64,000 nt of DNA from a bacterium (GTDB taxonomy: Bacteria > Patescibacteriota > Patescibacteriia > JAGPKW01): positions 224,360 through 288,359 of the forward strand of contig JAJXYN010000009.1 of NCBI GenBank assembly GCA_021780535.1, written 5' to 3'. The notes below the pieces were generated by a model. It had not been told where the DNA came from, did no database searches, and saw only the letters and a list, made by a program, of their open reading frames with translations. The position numbers were made by a program, and so were the translations under genes. Shown in pieces: positions 20,775 to 30,090 of this stretch (the first letter of the stretch is position 1; every line of letters begins with the position of its first letter).

Positions 20775-22610
20775 TTAATTGTTATTGCTTGAGATTTTTT
20801 TAAATTGATTTAATTTATCAATTAAAATATTTTGCAATTTTATTATCTCTTCTTTGTTGTTTTCTTTTTCTGCTATCTCTATATTACGTTTGATTTGTTT
20901 TAATTCTTTATTTATAAGATTTTTATATAATTTAAGAATATTGGATTTAATATCTTTTTTTATATCTTTTAAACTAAAAAATTGGTCAGAAAAAAACTTC
21001 TCACCTAACATAGTAAGATAGCTGATATAATCGCTATTTTTTGAATCATTTGCGAATAGATATTCTAAAATATTATCTATTTTGTTATTGTAACACGCTT
21101 TTATATTAGTCGCAATAGATTTTATGTCCTCATGTTCAAATATATCTAGATTTATTTTTTCTAAAATTTCTATAAAATTTTGATTAACTAATATTGCTGA
21201 AATTAAAAACTCTTCGGTTTTTCTTATAGGATCATCTTCTTTAATTTTTGATTCTTCTTTTTTTATCTCTATTTTTTTTGATGGTGTAAATGTTGCTTTA
21301 TTGTTTTTATTTTGTATTATTAAAAGCTCTTCTTTTAATGTTCTTTCATCTAAATCTGTGATTTTTGATAAATTTTTTATCCAGACATTCTTTTCTATTT
21401 GCGAATTTATTTTACTGAGCTTTACTAAAAATGGCGTTATTAAATCTTTTATTTCTTTTGGTTTTGAGGATATTAATGAATCTTGATTTATTTTTTCATG
21501 TAATTTATTAAAGTAGTATTCTAAATATGGGGTTGCTTCACTTATTGCGTTAGTCCATTTTTCTAAGTCATTTTTTATACATTCGTCTGGATCTTTATAT
21601 CCAGTATTTTCTAAACTTATTACTTTAAGATTTATTTCATTTTCTAATGCTGCATCTATTGCTCTTTCTGCTGCATTTTGCCCTGCTAAATCTGAATCAA
21701 AACAAAAGCAAATAGTATTACTAAATCTTTTTAATGTCTTTATGTGAATTTCTGTTAATGCTGTTCCGGAAGATGCTACTACATTTTCACTTCCTACTTG
21801 ATGACAAGATATGCAGTCCATTTGCCCCTCTACAACTATAGAACAATCATTTCTTCTTATACTTTCTTTTGCAAAATTTAAACCAAAAATAACACTACTT
21901 TTGTCATAAAGTTCTGTTTGTGGTGAATTTATATATTTTGGCTCATCTTTATTATTATCTATTTGTCTTGCTGTAAAAGCTACAATATTTCCTGATATAT
22001 TAAAAATTGGATACATTATTCTCCCTCTAAATCTATCATAATATTTTCCTGAATTGTTTTTTATTATAAGGCCTGTTAAAAATATATCCTCGTCATTATA
22101 TTTTTTTGATTTTAAAAAATCATATAAACCATTCCAAAGATTTAACGAATATCCTAATTTAAATTTTACAATTGTTTCTTCTTCTAACCCTCTATTTTTG
22201 AGATATTCTAAAGCTTTTTTCCCTTGCTCTTTCTCTGTTAAAATATAATTATAATATTGTGCTGCTAAGTTTGATATTTCTTGCAATAATTCTTTTCTTG
22301 TTTTTTGGATTATATCTTCTTTTTCAAATTTTAATTCTACATTTGCTTTTTTAGCTAAAATTTTTAAAGCTTCTTTAAAATCTATATTTTCAAGCTTCAT
22401 AAGAAATTTAAACACATCACCACCTTCTCCACACCCAAAACAATGAAATATTTGTTTGTTTTGTGATGCCATGAATGATGGTGATTTTTCGTTATGAAAT
22501 GGGCATAATCCTTTATACGTTCCTCCACCAGCTTGCTTTAGAGTTACATATTCTGAAATTATGTCTATTATATCTAGCTTTGATTTTATTTCTTCAACTT
22601 GATTGTTCAT
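20775..22610 (-). CDS. dnaG: DNA primase
   Basis: CPFHNEKSPSF zinc finger, KYINSP, VEGQMD, FDSDLAG, KDPDE. Confidence 0.98.
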   Translation of the reverse strand: MNNQVEEIKSKLDIIDIISEYVTLKQAGGGTYKGLCPFHNEKSPSFMASQNKQIFHCFGCGEGGDVFKFLMKLENIDFKEALKILAKKANVELKFEKEDIIQKTRKELLQEISNLAAQYYNYILTEKEQGKKALEYLKNRGLEEETIVKFKLGYSLNLWNGLYDFLKSKKYNDEDIFLTGLIIKNNSGKYYDRFRGRIMYPIFNISGNIVAFTARQIDNNKDEPKYINSPQTELYDKSSVIFGLNFAKESIRRNDCSIVVEGQMDCISCHQVGSENVVASSGTALTEIHIKTLKRFSNTICFCFDSDLAGQNAAERAIDAALENEINLKVISLENTGYKDPDECIKNDLEKWTNAISEATPYLEYYFNKLHEKINQDSLISSKPKEIKDLITPFLVKLSKINSQIEKNVWIKNLSKITDLDERTLKEELLIIQNKNNKATFTPSKKIEIKKEESKIKEDDPIRKTEEFLISAILVNQNFIEILEKINLDIFEHEDIKSIATNIKACYNNKIDNILEYLFANDSKNSDYISYLTMLGEKFFSDQFFSLKDIKKDIKSNILKLYKNLINKELKQIKRNIEIAEKENNKEEIIKLQNILIDKLNQFKKISSNNN

Positions 22611-22685
22611 TATTTATATTTAACCATTTCATAGACAAAAATAAAAGACCCGCTCTTGCACAAAATGTGCAGAACGAGTCGTTTG

Positions 22686-23147
22686 TCATGCTGAAACTGT
22701 TAATCTTTCCTCTCTTGAAGTCCCTGGAGGAAAATAATTGTTTATAGTATATTCGGCTACTTGTTCATCTCCTATTTTGTTTAAAATAAAGAAGAATTTA
22801 ACTGCATTAAATATGTCATCATGGACTCTTTCTGATTCATTCCATTTTTTTTCATCTATTAAATTAATAACTGACTTGTCTTGTGAGATAAACTCTGAAA
22901 AAAAATCAATATAACCAAGAAACATTCTTTCGTCTTTCCATTCTCTACTTTCAAGGGTTCTTACCCATATTAATCTATATGTTTTTCTAAAAAGAGCCGT
23001 TCTTGCCATAAAAGTAATATTGTCATCACCTGTTGCAAAATGACAATGTTTTTTGATAAACTTTTTTTCATGACCTGTAAATATCTTGAGTCCAGTTACA
23101 GAACACGGGTCAAGATATTCTCTAACGCTAAGTCTTTGCTGTTTCAT
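22686..23147 (-). CDS. Hypothetical protein
   Basis: 153-aa ORF with a GGGAGG RBS and a downstream hairpin. Confidence 0.6.
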   Translation of the reverse strand: MKQQRLSVREYLDPCSVTGLKIFTGHEKKFIKKHCHFATGDDNITFMARTALFRKTYRLIWVRTLESREWKDERMFLGYIDFFSEFISQDKSVINLIDEKKWNESERVHDDIFNAVKFFFILNKIGDEQVAEYTINNYFPPGTSREERLTVSA

Positions 23148-23332
23148 ATAAATATCCCTCCCTTAGAAAAATAATCTTCTGCTTATGTTTTATTTATTAA
23201 AAGCTTATATTCTTTTATAAAACACAAACAGAAAATTGTTTATTTACTTTATTGTTAATTTACTATATATTATGTTTATACTATACCATTTTTTTACTAA
23301 AAAGTAAATAATTATCCACAATTAACCCTTAT

Positions 23333-23409
23333 GCATCCTTAGCTCAATTGGATAGAGCATCTGGCTTCGAACCAGGGGGTTGCAGGTTCGAGTCCTGCAG
23401 GGTGCACCA
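23333..23409 (+). tRNA. tRNA-Arg(TCG)
   Basis: GCATCCT...AGGGTGC-A-CCA; anticodon loop CT-TCG-AA; TTCGAGT T-loop. Confidence 0.95.
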
Positions 23410-23427
23410 AAATAAATAAAAAAGTAA

Positions 23428-24644
23428 TTATCTGCTTTTTAAATTATCCCATTTGAAGAAAATGGTATTCTTTCCTATTAATAATCCTATTATAACAAAA
23501 CAAACAAATCCCATAACTAATGTGTCTTTTGAATTAATATTTGTATAATTAAGCAATATTATTAAAACTGAAACCATAAAAACTTTCCCGGAATATATCG
23601 CGATTTCTCTTGTTACTATATAACCACTTATATCATCACCTTTATCTGCTTCTTTTTTGTACCAATAAGATTCATATGGGGTCTTCATTATTGATTCTGA
23701 TATATTTTGATAAACAATTGCTAAAAAACATTTACATTACTAATGGCAAACAATTTTAAAAGCCATCCAAATCCATAGAGAAATGAACCTGTTTTTAATA
23801 AATTATGGTCTTTATCTTGATCTGACAATTTACCTATTATTAAATTTATAAAAAATGTTGCTATCAGTGTTAATGAAGTAAAACCACCTAGTATTGTAAA
23901 ATTTTTATTAAATATCAAGACTATAATTATGGGCCATATTATTAATGAAAAAACTGTTTCACATCCTTCTAAAAAGTGAATGAAAAAATCCTTAACACGT
24001 TCTTTTGAAAAACATTGTATAAATGTTCCTATATATGAATAAGAATAATATAATTTTACATTTAATATTTTTATAAGTGGAAATAATGATAATAAATAAA
24101 AAAATGTTGTAACAATAAACAATCCGGTAAACCCAAAAAAATTTATTATTAAACCTCCAACAAATGGTAAAAATATATTTAACAAACTAAGAATTGATCT
24201 TATAATACCTATTTCAAATCCTCTGTTTTCATTTGTAGTGTTTAATGCTAAATCTATTCTAAATGGTATTCTAAAAAGTATTCTTGATAGTGTTAAAAAT
24301 ACTATATTTACAAACATCCATAAATATAAATTTTGTTCCCAAAATATAAATGATATATTACTTAATGATAAAAATATACTTCCTATTATTATAGATCTTT
24401 TCAACCCCAATAGAGATACCATTTTACCTCCCAATGGAAGTATCAATACCATTGCAATAGATGATATCAAAAAATAAGCTAATGTCATTTTTAATGACTT
24501 TCCAAATTGTAAATAAACAAAAAAAGTACTAAACATGCCAAGCATATTAGAACCTATGTTTCTTGTTTCATATGAAAGAAACAGTAAGAAAAAGTTATTT
24601 TCTTGTTTTGAAATCAATGATTTGATACTATTAATAAAGTCCAT
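23428..24644 (-). pseudogene. MFS transporter split by a 1-nt frameshift
   Basis: ORFs 23721-24644 and 23428-23688 join in frame (NVFLAIVYQNISESIMKTPY) if the T6 run at 23723-23728 were T7; GKLSD loop motif. Confidence 0.75.
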
Positions 24645-24692
24645 AGTTTAAAATATCGTATTATCTTACATATAAATATAACCTATTATACC

Positions 24693-25985
24693 ATGAATTT
24701 TTTAAAGAAAAATGCTGGGAAGATATTAATATTCATCCTATCCTTAATCCCAATAATTTTTTGGGCAACAACTTACGATCTGCAAACAAAGTTTAATACA
24801 ATAAGCTCTACCTTTATATCTCTTACTCAATTATCTGGATTAGTCGGTTTTGTTTTATTTGCTGTAAATATAATAATAGGAATGAGATCAAAAATACTTG
24901 AAAAGTTTTTTAATTCTATTCCTGATATTTATAAACTGCACAGATTTTTAGGAATATCATCTTTTGTTTTATTATCTCTTCACCCACTTTTTATTATTAT
25001 AAATTATTTATCTTTTTCAATTAAATTTGCTGTTGATTATATTTTTTCTTTTACTGATTTAAGTTTGTCTTTAGGAAAAATTTCACTAATTGCAATGTTT
25101 TTTATCATATTAACGACAATATTTTTAAAAATAAAATATGACACATGGAAAATAATCCATAAAATTTTATCATTTTCTTTTTTTATTGGATTTTTTCATG
25201 TATTAGTTGTAAATAGCACTGTATCAAGAAATATGGGATTACGATATTACTTGCTTTTTTTAGGCACAATTACTGCTTCACTTGCTATATATAAAATTAT
25301 TTTTAATATAAATTTAGCAAAAATTTATAAATACTTGGTTGTTAATATAAAATTTATAAACAATAATTCTATGGAAATAGAATTATCTCCCATTGATAAA
25401 AAAATATATTTCAAACCAGGCCAATTTGTCTTTATAAAAATTAATCAAGAAAAATTAGATGAAGAACATCCTTTTTCTATATCATCAGGAGTTAATGAAA
25501 AAAATTTAAAAATTACTGTTAAAAATCTTGGAGATTATACTTTAGATTTAAGAAATAAATTAAAAATGAATTCTATAGTTAGCATAGATGGCCCTTATGG
25601 TGATTTTTATACTGATAATAAAAAAGATAAAATATTTATAGCTGGCGGAATAGGAATTACACCATTTTTAAGTATATTAAAAGCTGAAAGAACAAAAAAT
25701 AATATTACATTATTTTTTTGTGCTAAAGATAAAAGCGAATCAGAACTTATTAATGACATAAAACAAACACAAGATATTCATCCAAATTTAAATATAATTG
25801 AAATATATTCCTCAATAAGAGATCGTATTTCTATTAAAGATATTAAAAGCGTCCCAAATTTTGAAAATTCTGATATTTTTATTTGTGCGTCAAGCGTTAT
25901 GATGAATGATATTAAAAATCAACTTATAAATAATGGGTTTGATAAAAAAAATATTTACTTTGAAGATTTTAGTTTTAAAAAATAA
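24693..25985 (+). CDS. Ferric reductase-like transmembrane protein with FAD/NAD-binding domains
   Basis: TM His residues (LHR, LHP, IHK, FHV); PGQF, EHPFSIS, DGPYG, AGGIGITP. Confidence 0.9.
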   Translation: MNFLKKNAGKILIFILSLIPIIFWATTYDLQTKFNTISSTFISLTQLSGLVGFVLFAVNIIIGMRSKILEKFFNSIPDIYKLHRFLGISSFVLLSLHPLFIIINYLSFSIKFAVDYIFSFTDLSLSLGKISLIAMFFIILTTIFLKIKYDTWKIIHKILSFSFFIGFFHVLVVNSTVSRNMGLRYYLLFLGTITASLAIYKIIFNINLAKIYKYLVVNIKFINNNSMEIELSPIDKKIYFKPGQFVFIKINQEKLDEEHPFSISSGVNEKNLKITVKNLGDYTLDLRNKLKMNSIVSIDGPYGDFYTDNKKDKIFIAGGIGITPFLSILKAERTKNNITLFFCAKDKSESELINDIKQTQDIHPNLNIIEIYSSIRDRISIKDIKSVPNFENSDIFICASSVMMNDIKNQLINNGFDKKNIYFEDFSFKK

Positions 25986-26053
25986 TTTTGAGTAAATTTA
26001 TAAAATAAATAATCGTATTAAAAATATAGACTTAATTAAGTATTAATAATTTT

Positions 26054-26551
26054 ATGGAAACAAAAAATATTGTTGTAGCTAGCGTTGTTGGAGTTGCTGC
26101 TGTAAGTTTTATTGGATGGCAAATCTCAAATAGTAAGAGCTATCAACCATCACAACAAAATAATTCGTTATCAACTACTACTAATACTGACAGTGGCCAA
26201 AATAATATTACTACCCCAACTGTTACTAGTACAAATAATCAAAACAATTCTACTTCATATAAAGATGGTAGTTATTCTGCAGATGGCTCTTATTTAGTTT
26301 CTGATAAACAAGAAACTATTAAACTGTTATTAGATATATCTAATAACAAAATAACATCTGCTAGTATCACACCTATTAACGTTAGCCATGATAGTCAATT
26401 TTATATCAATATGTTTCAACAAGGATTCACTTCTTTGGTTGTAGGAAAAAATATAGATGACGTAAATTTAACTGTTGTAAATGGTGCATCTTTAACTCCT
26501 AACGGCTTTAACGAAGCTTTAAATGCTATAAAATTACAAGCTAAAAACTAA
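26054..26551 (+). CDS. Membrane-anchored FMN-binding (flavinylated) protein
   Basis: YKDGSY and VNGASLT...GFNEAL motifs; adjacent to apbE. Confidence 0.8.
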   Translation: METKNIVVASVVGVAAVSFIGWQISNSKSYQPSQQNNSLSTTTNTDSGQNNITTPTVTSTNNQNNSTSYKDGSYSADGSYLVSDKQETIKLLLDISNNKITSASITPINVSHDSQFYINMFQQGFTSLVVGKNIDDVNLTVVNGASLTPNGFNEALNAIKLQAKN

Positions 26552-26554
26552 CTA

Positions 26555-27430
26555 ATGAAAAAATTTGAATTTGATTCTATTGGATCTCATTTTGAAATAT
26601 CTATTTACGATAATATTGATGATGTTTTTTTTGAACAAATAAAATCTGACATACTTGCTTGGATAAATGATTTTGATAATAAATACTCTAGATTCAAAGA
26701 TTCTTCTGTTGTTTCTTTTTTAAACAATAAAATTGGAGTATTTTCTGTAAGAGATGATTTTTCAGAAATAATGACTTGGTATTTTAAATTGTATAAATTA
26801 TCTAACCACAAATTTACTCCACTTATAGGATCTATGTTAGATGATCTTGGTTATGATAAAAATTATACCTTAATACCAAAGGATAAAATTAATAATATAT
26901 CTGATTTATATGAATCAATAAAAATTTTAGATAAAAATAAAATAGAAATAATAAAACCAGTTAATTTAGATTTTGGTGGAGTTGGAAAAGGATATTGCGT
27001 TGATGTTATAAAAAGTAAACTAGAAAAATATAATATAAAAAAATTTATAGTTAATGGTGCTGGAGATATTTTTTATAAAACAAATGATACTGAATCAATA
27101 ATTTCTGGACTTGAAAATCCTAATAATTTTTCTCAAATAATAGGAACTATAAACATTAAAAATCAATCTATTTGTGCATCTTCTGGAAGTAGAAGAAAAT
27201 GGGATAAATATCATCATATAATAGATCCTGACTTAAAAAAACAAAATGACGAAATAGTTGCTACCTGGGTAATAGCAGAGAATACCTTGATAGCAGATAC
27301 AATAGCTACATGTTTATTTATGTGCTCACCAGAAAATTTTCAAAATGATTTTAAATTTGAATACTGTATATTAAATAAAGATATGAAGATAAAAAAGTCA
27401 AATGGATTTGATGCTAAATTTTATCAATAA
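26555..27430 (+). CDS. apbE: FAD:protein FMN transferase
   Basis: SRFKDSS, LDFGGVGKGY, GAGD, HHIIDP, ADTIATCLF. Confidence 0.92.
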   Translation: MKKFEFDSIGSHFEISIYDNIDDVFFEQIKSDILAWINDFDNKYSRFKDSSVVSFLNNKIGVFSVRDDFSEIMTWYFKLYKLSNHKFTPLIGSMLDDLGYDKNYTLIPKDKINNISDLYESIKILDKNKIEIIKPVNLDFGGVGKGYCVDVIKSKLEKYNIKKFIVNGAGDIFYKTNDTESIISGLENPNNFSQIIGTINIKNQSICASSGSRRKWDKYHHIIDPDLKKQNDEIVATWVIAENTLIADTIATCLFMCSPENFQNDFKFEYCILNKDMKIKKSNGFDAKFYQ

Positions 27431-27443
27431 CTATGATAACTAA

Positions 27444-27469
27444 ACTATTGCTTTTTTTATAAAATAGTA
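27444..27469 (+). promoter_or_regulatory. Duplicated 26-bp promoter/operator element, copy 1
   Basis: ACTATTGCTTTTTTTATAAAATAGTA, identical at 27879-27904; contains TTGCTT -35 and an ACTATT/AATAGT dyad. Confidence 0.7.
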
Positions 27470-27507
27470 TTAAGTTTATACAAATACTTTTAAATGGAGG
27501 TCTAAAT

Positions 27508-27756
27508 ATGTATATAGAAGTTACGGAAACCAAATTTTATAGCATCATTACAAAATTAGAACAAGCCGGTATCTCCTTTATTAGAAATGATGACCCAAAA
27601 AATGGTACCGCTATATTTATATATAAAAAAAATGGGAAAGATAAAGTTATTGCTAGAATACATGTAGAAAATTTTAGTGATCCAAAAGAAATATGGAAAA
27701 GAATATATCAAATAGATAATATATTTTTTAAAGAACTTGAAATTCCTATAGATTAA
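27508..27756 (+). CDS. Small hypothetical protein, paralog 1 of 3
   Basis: GGAGG RBS; aligns with 27946 and 28369. Confidence 0.8.
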   Translation: MYIEVTETKFYSIITKLEQAGISFIRNDDPKNGTAIFIYKKNGKDKVIARIHVENFSDPKEIWKRIYQIDNIFFKELEIPID

Positions 27757-27796
27757 TATTATTATAGCTCTATAATTGATATGAATAGAGCTATTT

Positions 27797-27842
27797 TCCG
27801 CCAACACAATCATTAATAAGCAAAAAGTGTTAGCGGATTTTT
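27797..27842 (+). terminator. Intrinsic terminator
   Basis: TCCGCCAACAC...GTGTTAGCGGA followed by a T tract. Confidence 0.6.
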
Positions 27843-27878
27843 ATTTTATAATAACCATAAAAAAATATTGTATCTATT

Positions 27879-27904
27879 ACTATTGCTTTTTTTATAAAAT
27901 AGTA
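27879..27904 (+). promoter_or_regulatory. Duplicated 26-bp promoter/operator element, copy 2
   Basis: Identical to 27444-27469. Confidence 0.7.
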
Positions 27905-27945
27905 ATATAAATTATAATACAACAAGTTATTTTGGAGGTTATAAC

Positions 27946-28230
27946 ATGCTTATAGACGTTACAGAGGCTCAGTTTCGTAGTTTTATCGATGAATTGGATA
28001 AAAAATTTCGTGAGAATGGAAAAATCCTAACAATGGACGATGATTTTAAAAATGATACAGCCATTATATTCTGTTATGCAAAAAATGGTATAAATAGAAT
28101 TGCTGCTCGAGAATACGTGAAAAATCCTACTGATCTAAAAATAGAATGGACAAAGGGATACGAAATAAATGATAAATTATTTGATGAATTTAATATTTCA
28201 ATAGAAGGCTTTCAGATTCTTACACGGTAG
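27946..28230 (+). CDS. Small hypothetical protein, paralog 2 of 3
   Basis: GGAGG RBS; shared MxI[DE][VI]T, KN.TAI, AR and Y[QE]I pattern. Confidence 0.8.
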   Translation: MLIDVTEAQFRSFIDELDKKFRENGKILTMDDDFKNDTAIIFCYAKNGINRIAAREYVKNPTDLKIEWTKGYEINDKLFDEFNISIEGFQILTR

Positions 28231-28244
28231 AATATTAAAATTAC

Positions 28245-28283
28245 CCTAGCTAGACCAAATTCACTCGTTTAGCTAGGTTTTTT
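28245..28283 (+). terminator. Intrinsic terminator
   Basis: CCTAGCTA...TAGCTAGG followed by a T tract. Confidence 0.65.
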
Positions 28284-28368
28284 ATTTATAAACAATAATT
28301 AACCTTGATTTTTTTCACAAAACAAGATTAAATTAACATAAACTACTTTTAATAAAGGGGGTTATTAA

Positions 28369-28644
28369 TTGTATATAGATATTACGCCAAACCAATTTAT
28401 TGACCTTATCAAGATACTGGCCGTTAGAATAAAAGAAAATGGAGCATCTCTTGAAAGGCATGGTGATCACAAAGATGGTATAATTATATTTATTTATAAA
28501 AAACATAATATGACAAGAGTTATTGCTAGAATACATAAATATAACCCGAATAAACAAAATAAAAATTTGGAGAAAATATATCAAATAGATGATAGGTTGT
28601 TTAAATATTCTATTATTTCTACTGAAGATATGAAAACTTTTTAA
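28369..28644 (+). CDS. Small hypothetical protein, paralog 3 of 3
   Basis: TTG start with AGGGGG RBS; FIYKK..VIARIH..IYQID shared with paralog 1. Confidence 0.8.
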   Translation: MYIDITPNQFIDLIKILAVRIKENGASLERHGDHKDGIIIFIYKKHNMTRVIARIHKYNPNKQNKNLEKIYQIDDRLFKYSIISTEDMKTF

Positions 28645-28779
28645 ATAATAATATTTATTTCTATTAAGTAGAATACTTAATAAGTGTTTTATAATTATGA
28701 TGTTATTTTGACATAAATTATAAAATGTTGTATTTATTTATATAACAACTTTAGTCAGTCTAATAAATAGGGGGATTTT

Positions 28780-29076
28780 ATGAAGAAAAGAGCCACGGCA
28801 AAAATTATATTTAAAACACTAAATGAGGCTTTAGAGGCAAAAAATAATGGCGATACTGATCTTTTGTTAAAATTAAGAAAAAAGGCTATTGGTTATCAAT
28901 GGGATATACTTAGACAAGCTGAAGAAGCTCAAAAACTTGGCAATAATGCTATTGCTAACGAATTAATGTCTATTATTGATAAATCAAAAATTATTACTAT
29001 TAGTACTTTTCCAAAAAATATCCAGAACGAATTAAAAGAAGTAATTGAAATATGCGAAGCATCTAGAAATTCTTGA
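28780..29076 (+). CDS. Small helical hypothetical protein
   Basis: Upstream TTGACA, AGGGGG RBS and its own terminator. Confidence 0.7.
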   Translation: MKKRATAKIIFKTLNEALEAKNNGDTDLLLKLRKKAIGYQWDILRQAEEAQKLGNNAIANELMSIIDKSKIITISTFPKNIQNELKEVIEICEASRNS

Positions 29077-29093
29077 TTTTCTAGACAGATGAT

Positions 29094-29121
29094 AATCCGC
29101 TAAAAATATGGCGGATTTTTT
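29094..29121 (+). terminator. Intrinsic terminator
   Basis: AATCCGC...GCGGATT followed by a T tract. Confidence 0.65.
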
Positions 29122-29179
29122 ATTAATTAAATTAAAAATAGGAACCACATATATAGTGGCCCCTATTATTTTCTTATTA

Positions 29180-29953
29180 TCAGAATGTGGTTACAGCTAC
29201 CCCCGGACGCAGAAATTCACCATATTTCTTGTAAATCGCGTCACAGGTTCCATCTTTTTTGAGAGCTTCAAATGCATCAATCCATTTTTGCACAATAGCT
29301 TTATCTGTTGTTTTAGAAAAAGCTATCCAAAGTTGAGCCCTCAAAAAAACAAACTGTTGCTTAACATCACTTGGTTTAGCCTCAACATCAGCAAGTTGGT
29401 TTGATGATCCAACTACTGACAAAACTACTAGGTCAGTCCTGTTGTTGAGCATTTTTTTCAAACTTGTTACATAGTCTGCTGACCTATCGAGATTTGAAAA
29501 ACCTGCACTGGTAAGAAACTGATCCCTGACGTCATTTAGAACAACGCCAATTTTTGCTACATTCTTAGCATCTTCCAATGATTTGATAGACAATTTAGAA
29601 TCTGCTCTTGAATAAAGAGCATAATTATTCTCCGTTAGCGGTCCAACCCATTGAAACAATGGATTTCTGGCCTTATTGCGGGCCATGCTAAAAAGAACCA
29701 CATTAGGAGAATCACTTTGTATCAAACCATAGCCTCTAGCCCATGGAGCAACTTCTATTGGATCTGTATTCCCAACACGTTTTTGAATCGCTTGGACCAG
29801 TTCCACGGAAAGACCCTTGAGGTTTTTATTTGCATCAGTGAATTGAAATGGAGCATTTTCTTCGCAATAAATGCTGAGAGTCTGCGAGTAGCCAAAAACT
29901 GTGACTACTCCAAAAAAAAGCAGAGCAAGAACCATCCTCGTTTGCAACTTCAC
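29180..29953 (-). CDS. Family 3 (polar amino acid-type) solute-binding protein
   Basis: Signal peptide; EENAPF, PWARG, FQWVGP, IAFSK, LKKDG motifs. Confidence 0.88.
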   Translation of the reverse strand: MKLQTRMVLALLFFGVVTVFGYSQTLSIYCEENAPFQFTDANKNLKGLSVELVQAIQKRVGNTDPIEVAPWARGYGLIQSDSPNVVLFSMARNKARNPLFQWVGPLTENNYALYSRADSKLSIKSLEDAKNVAKIGVVLNDVRDQFLTSAGFSNLDRSADYVTSLKKMLNNRTDLVVLSVVGSSNQLADVEAKPSDVKQQFVFLRAQLWIAFSKTTDKAIVQKWIDAFEALKKDGTCDAIYKKYGEFLRPGVAVTTF

Positions 29954-30090
29954 AATAAACCATCCTTGTAAAAGAAAAATATATCTGCAAAAAACAGATA
30001 TGATGTATGGTAGTGTAATTAAAAAATAATGTCAATTGAATAATTAAAATAAAAAGTGGTTCAAGTTTTGGTTGAACCACCAATTTTTTG

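Noticed and set aside
23312-23320. Replication origin
   Set aside because: Single DnaA boxes only; no cluster and no dnaA nearby
25991-26017. Third ECF promoter before the FMN-binding gene
   Set aside because: CGTA is present but the -35 (GTAAAT) does not match TGTAAC
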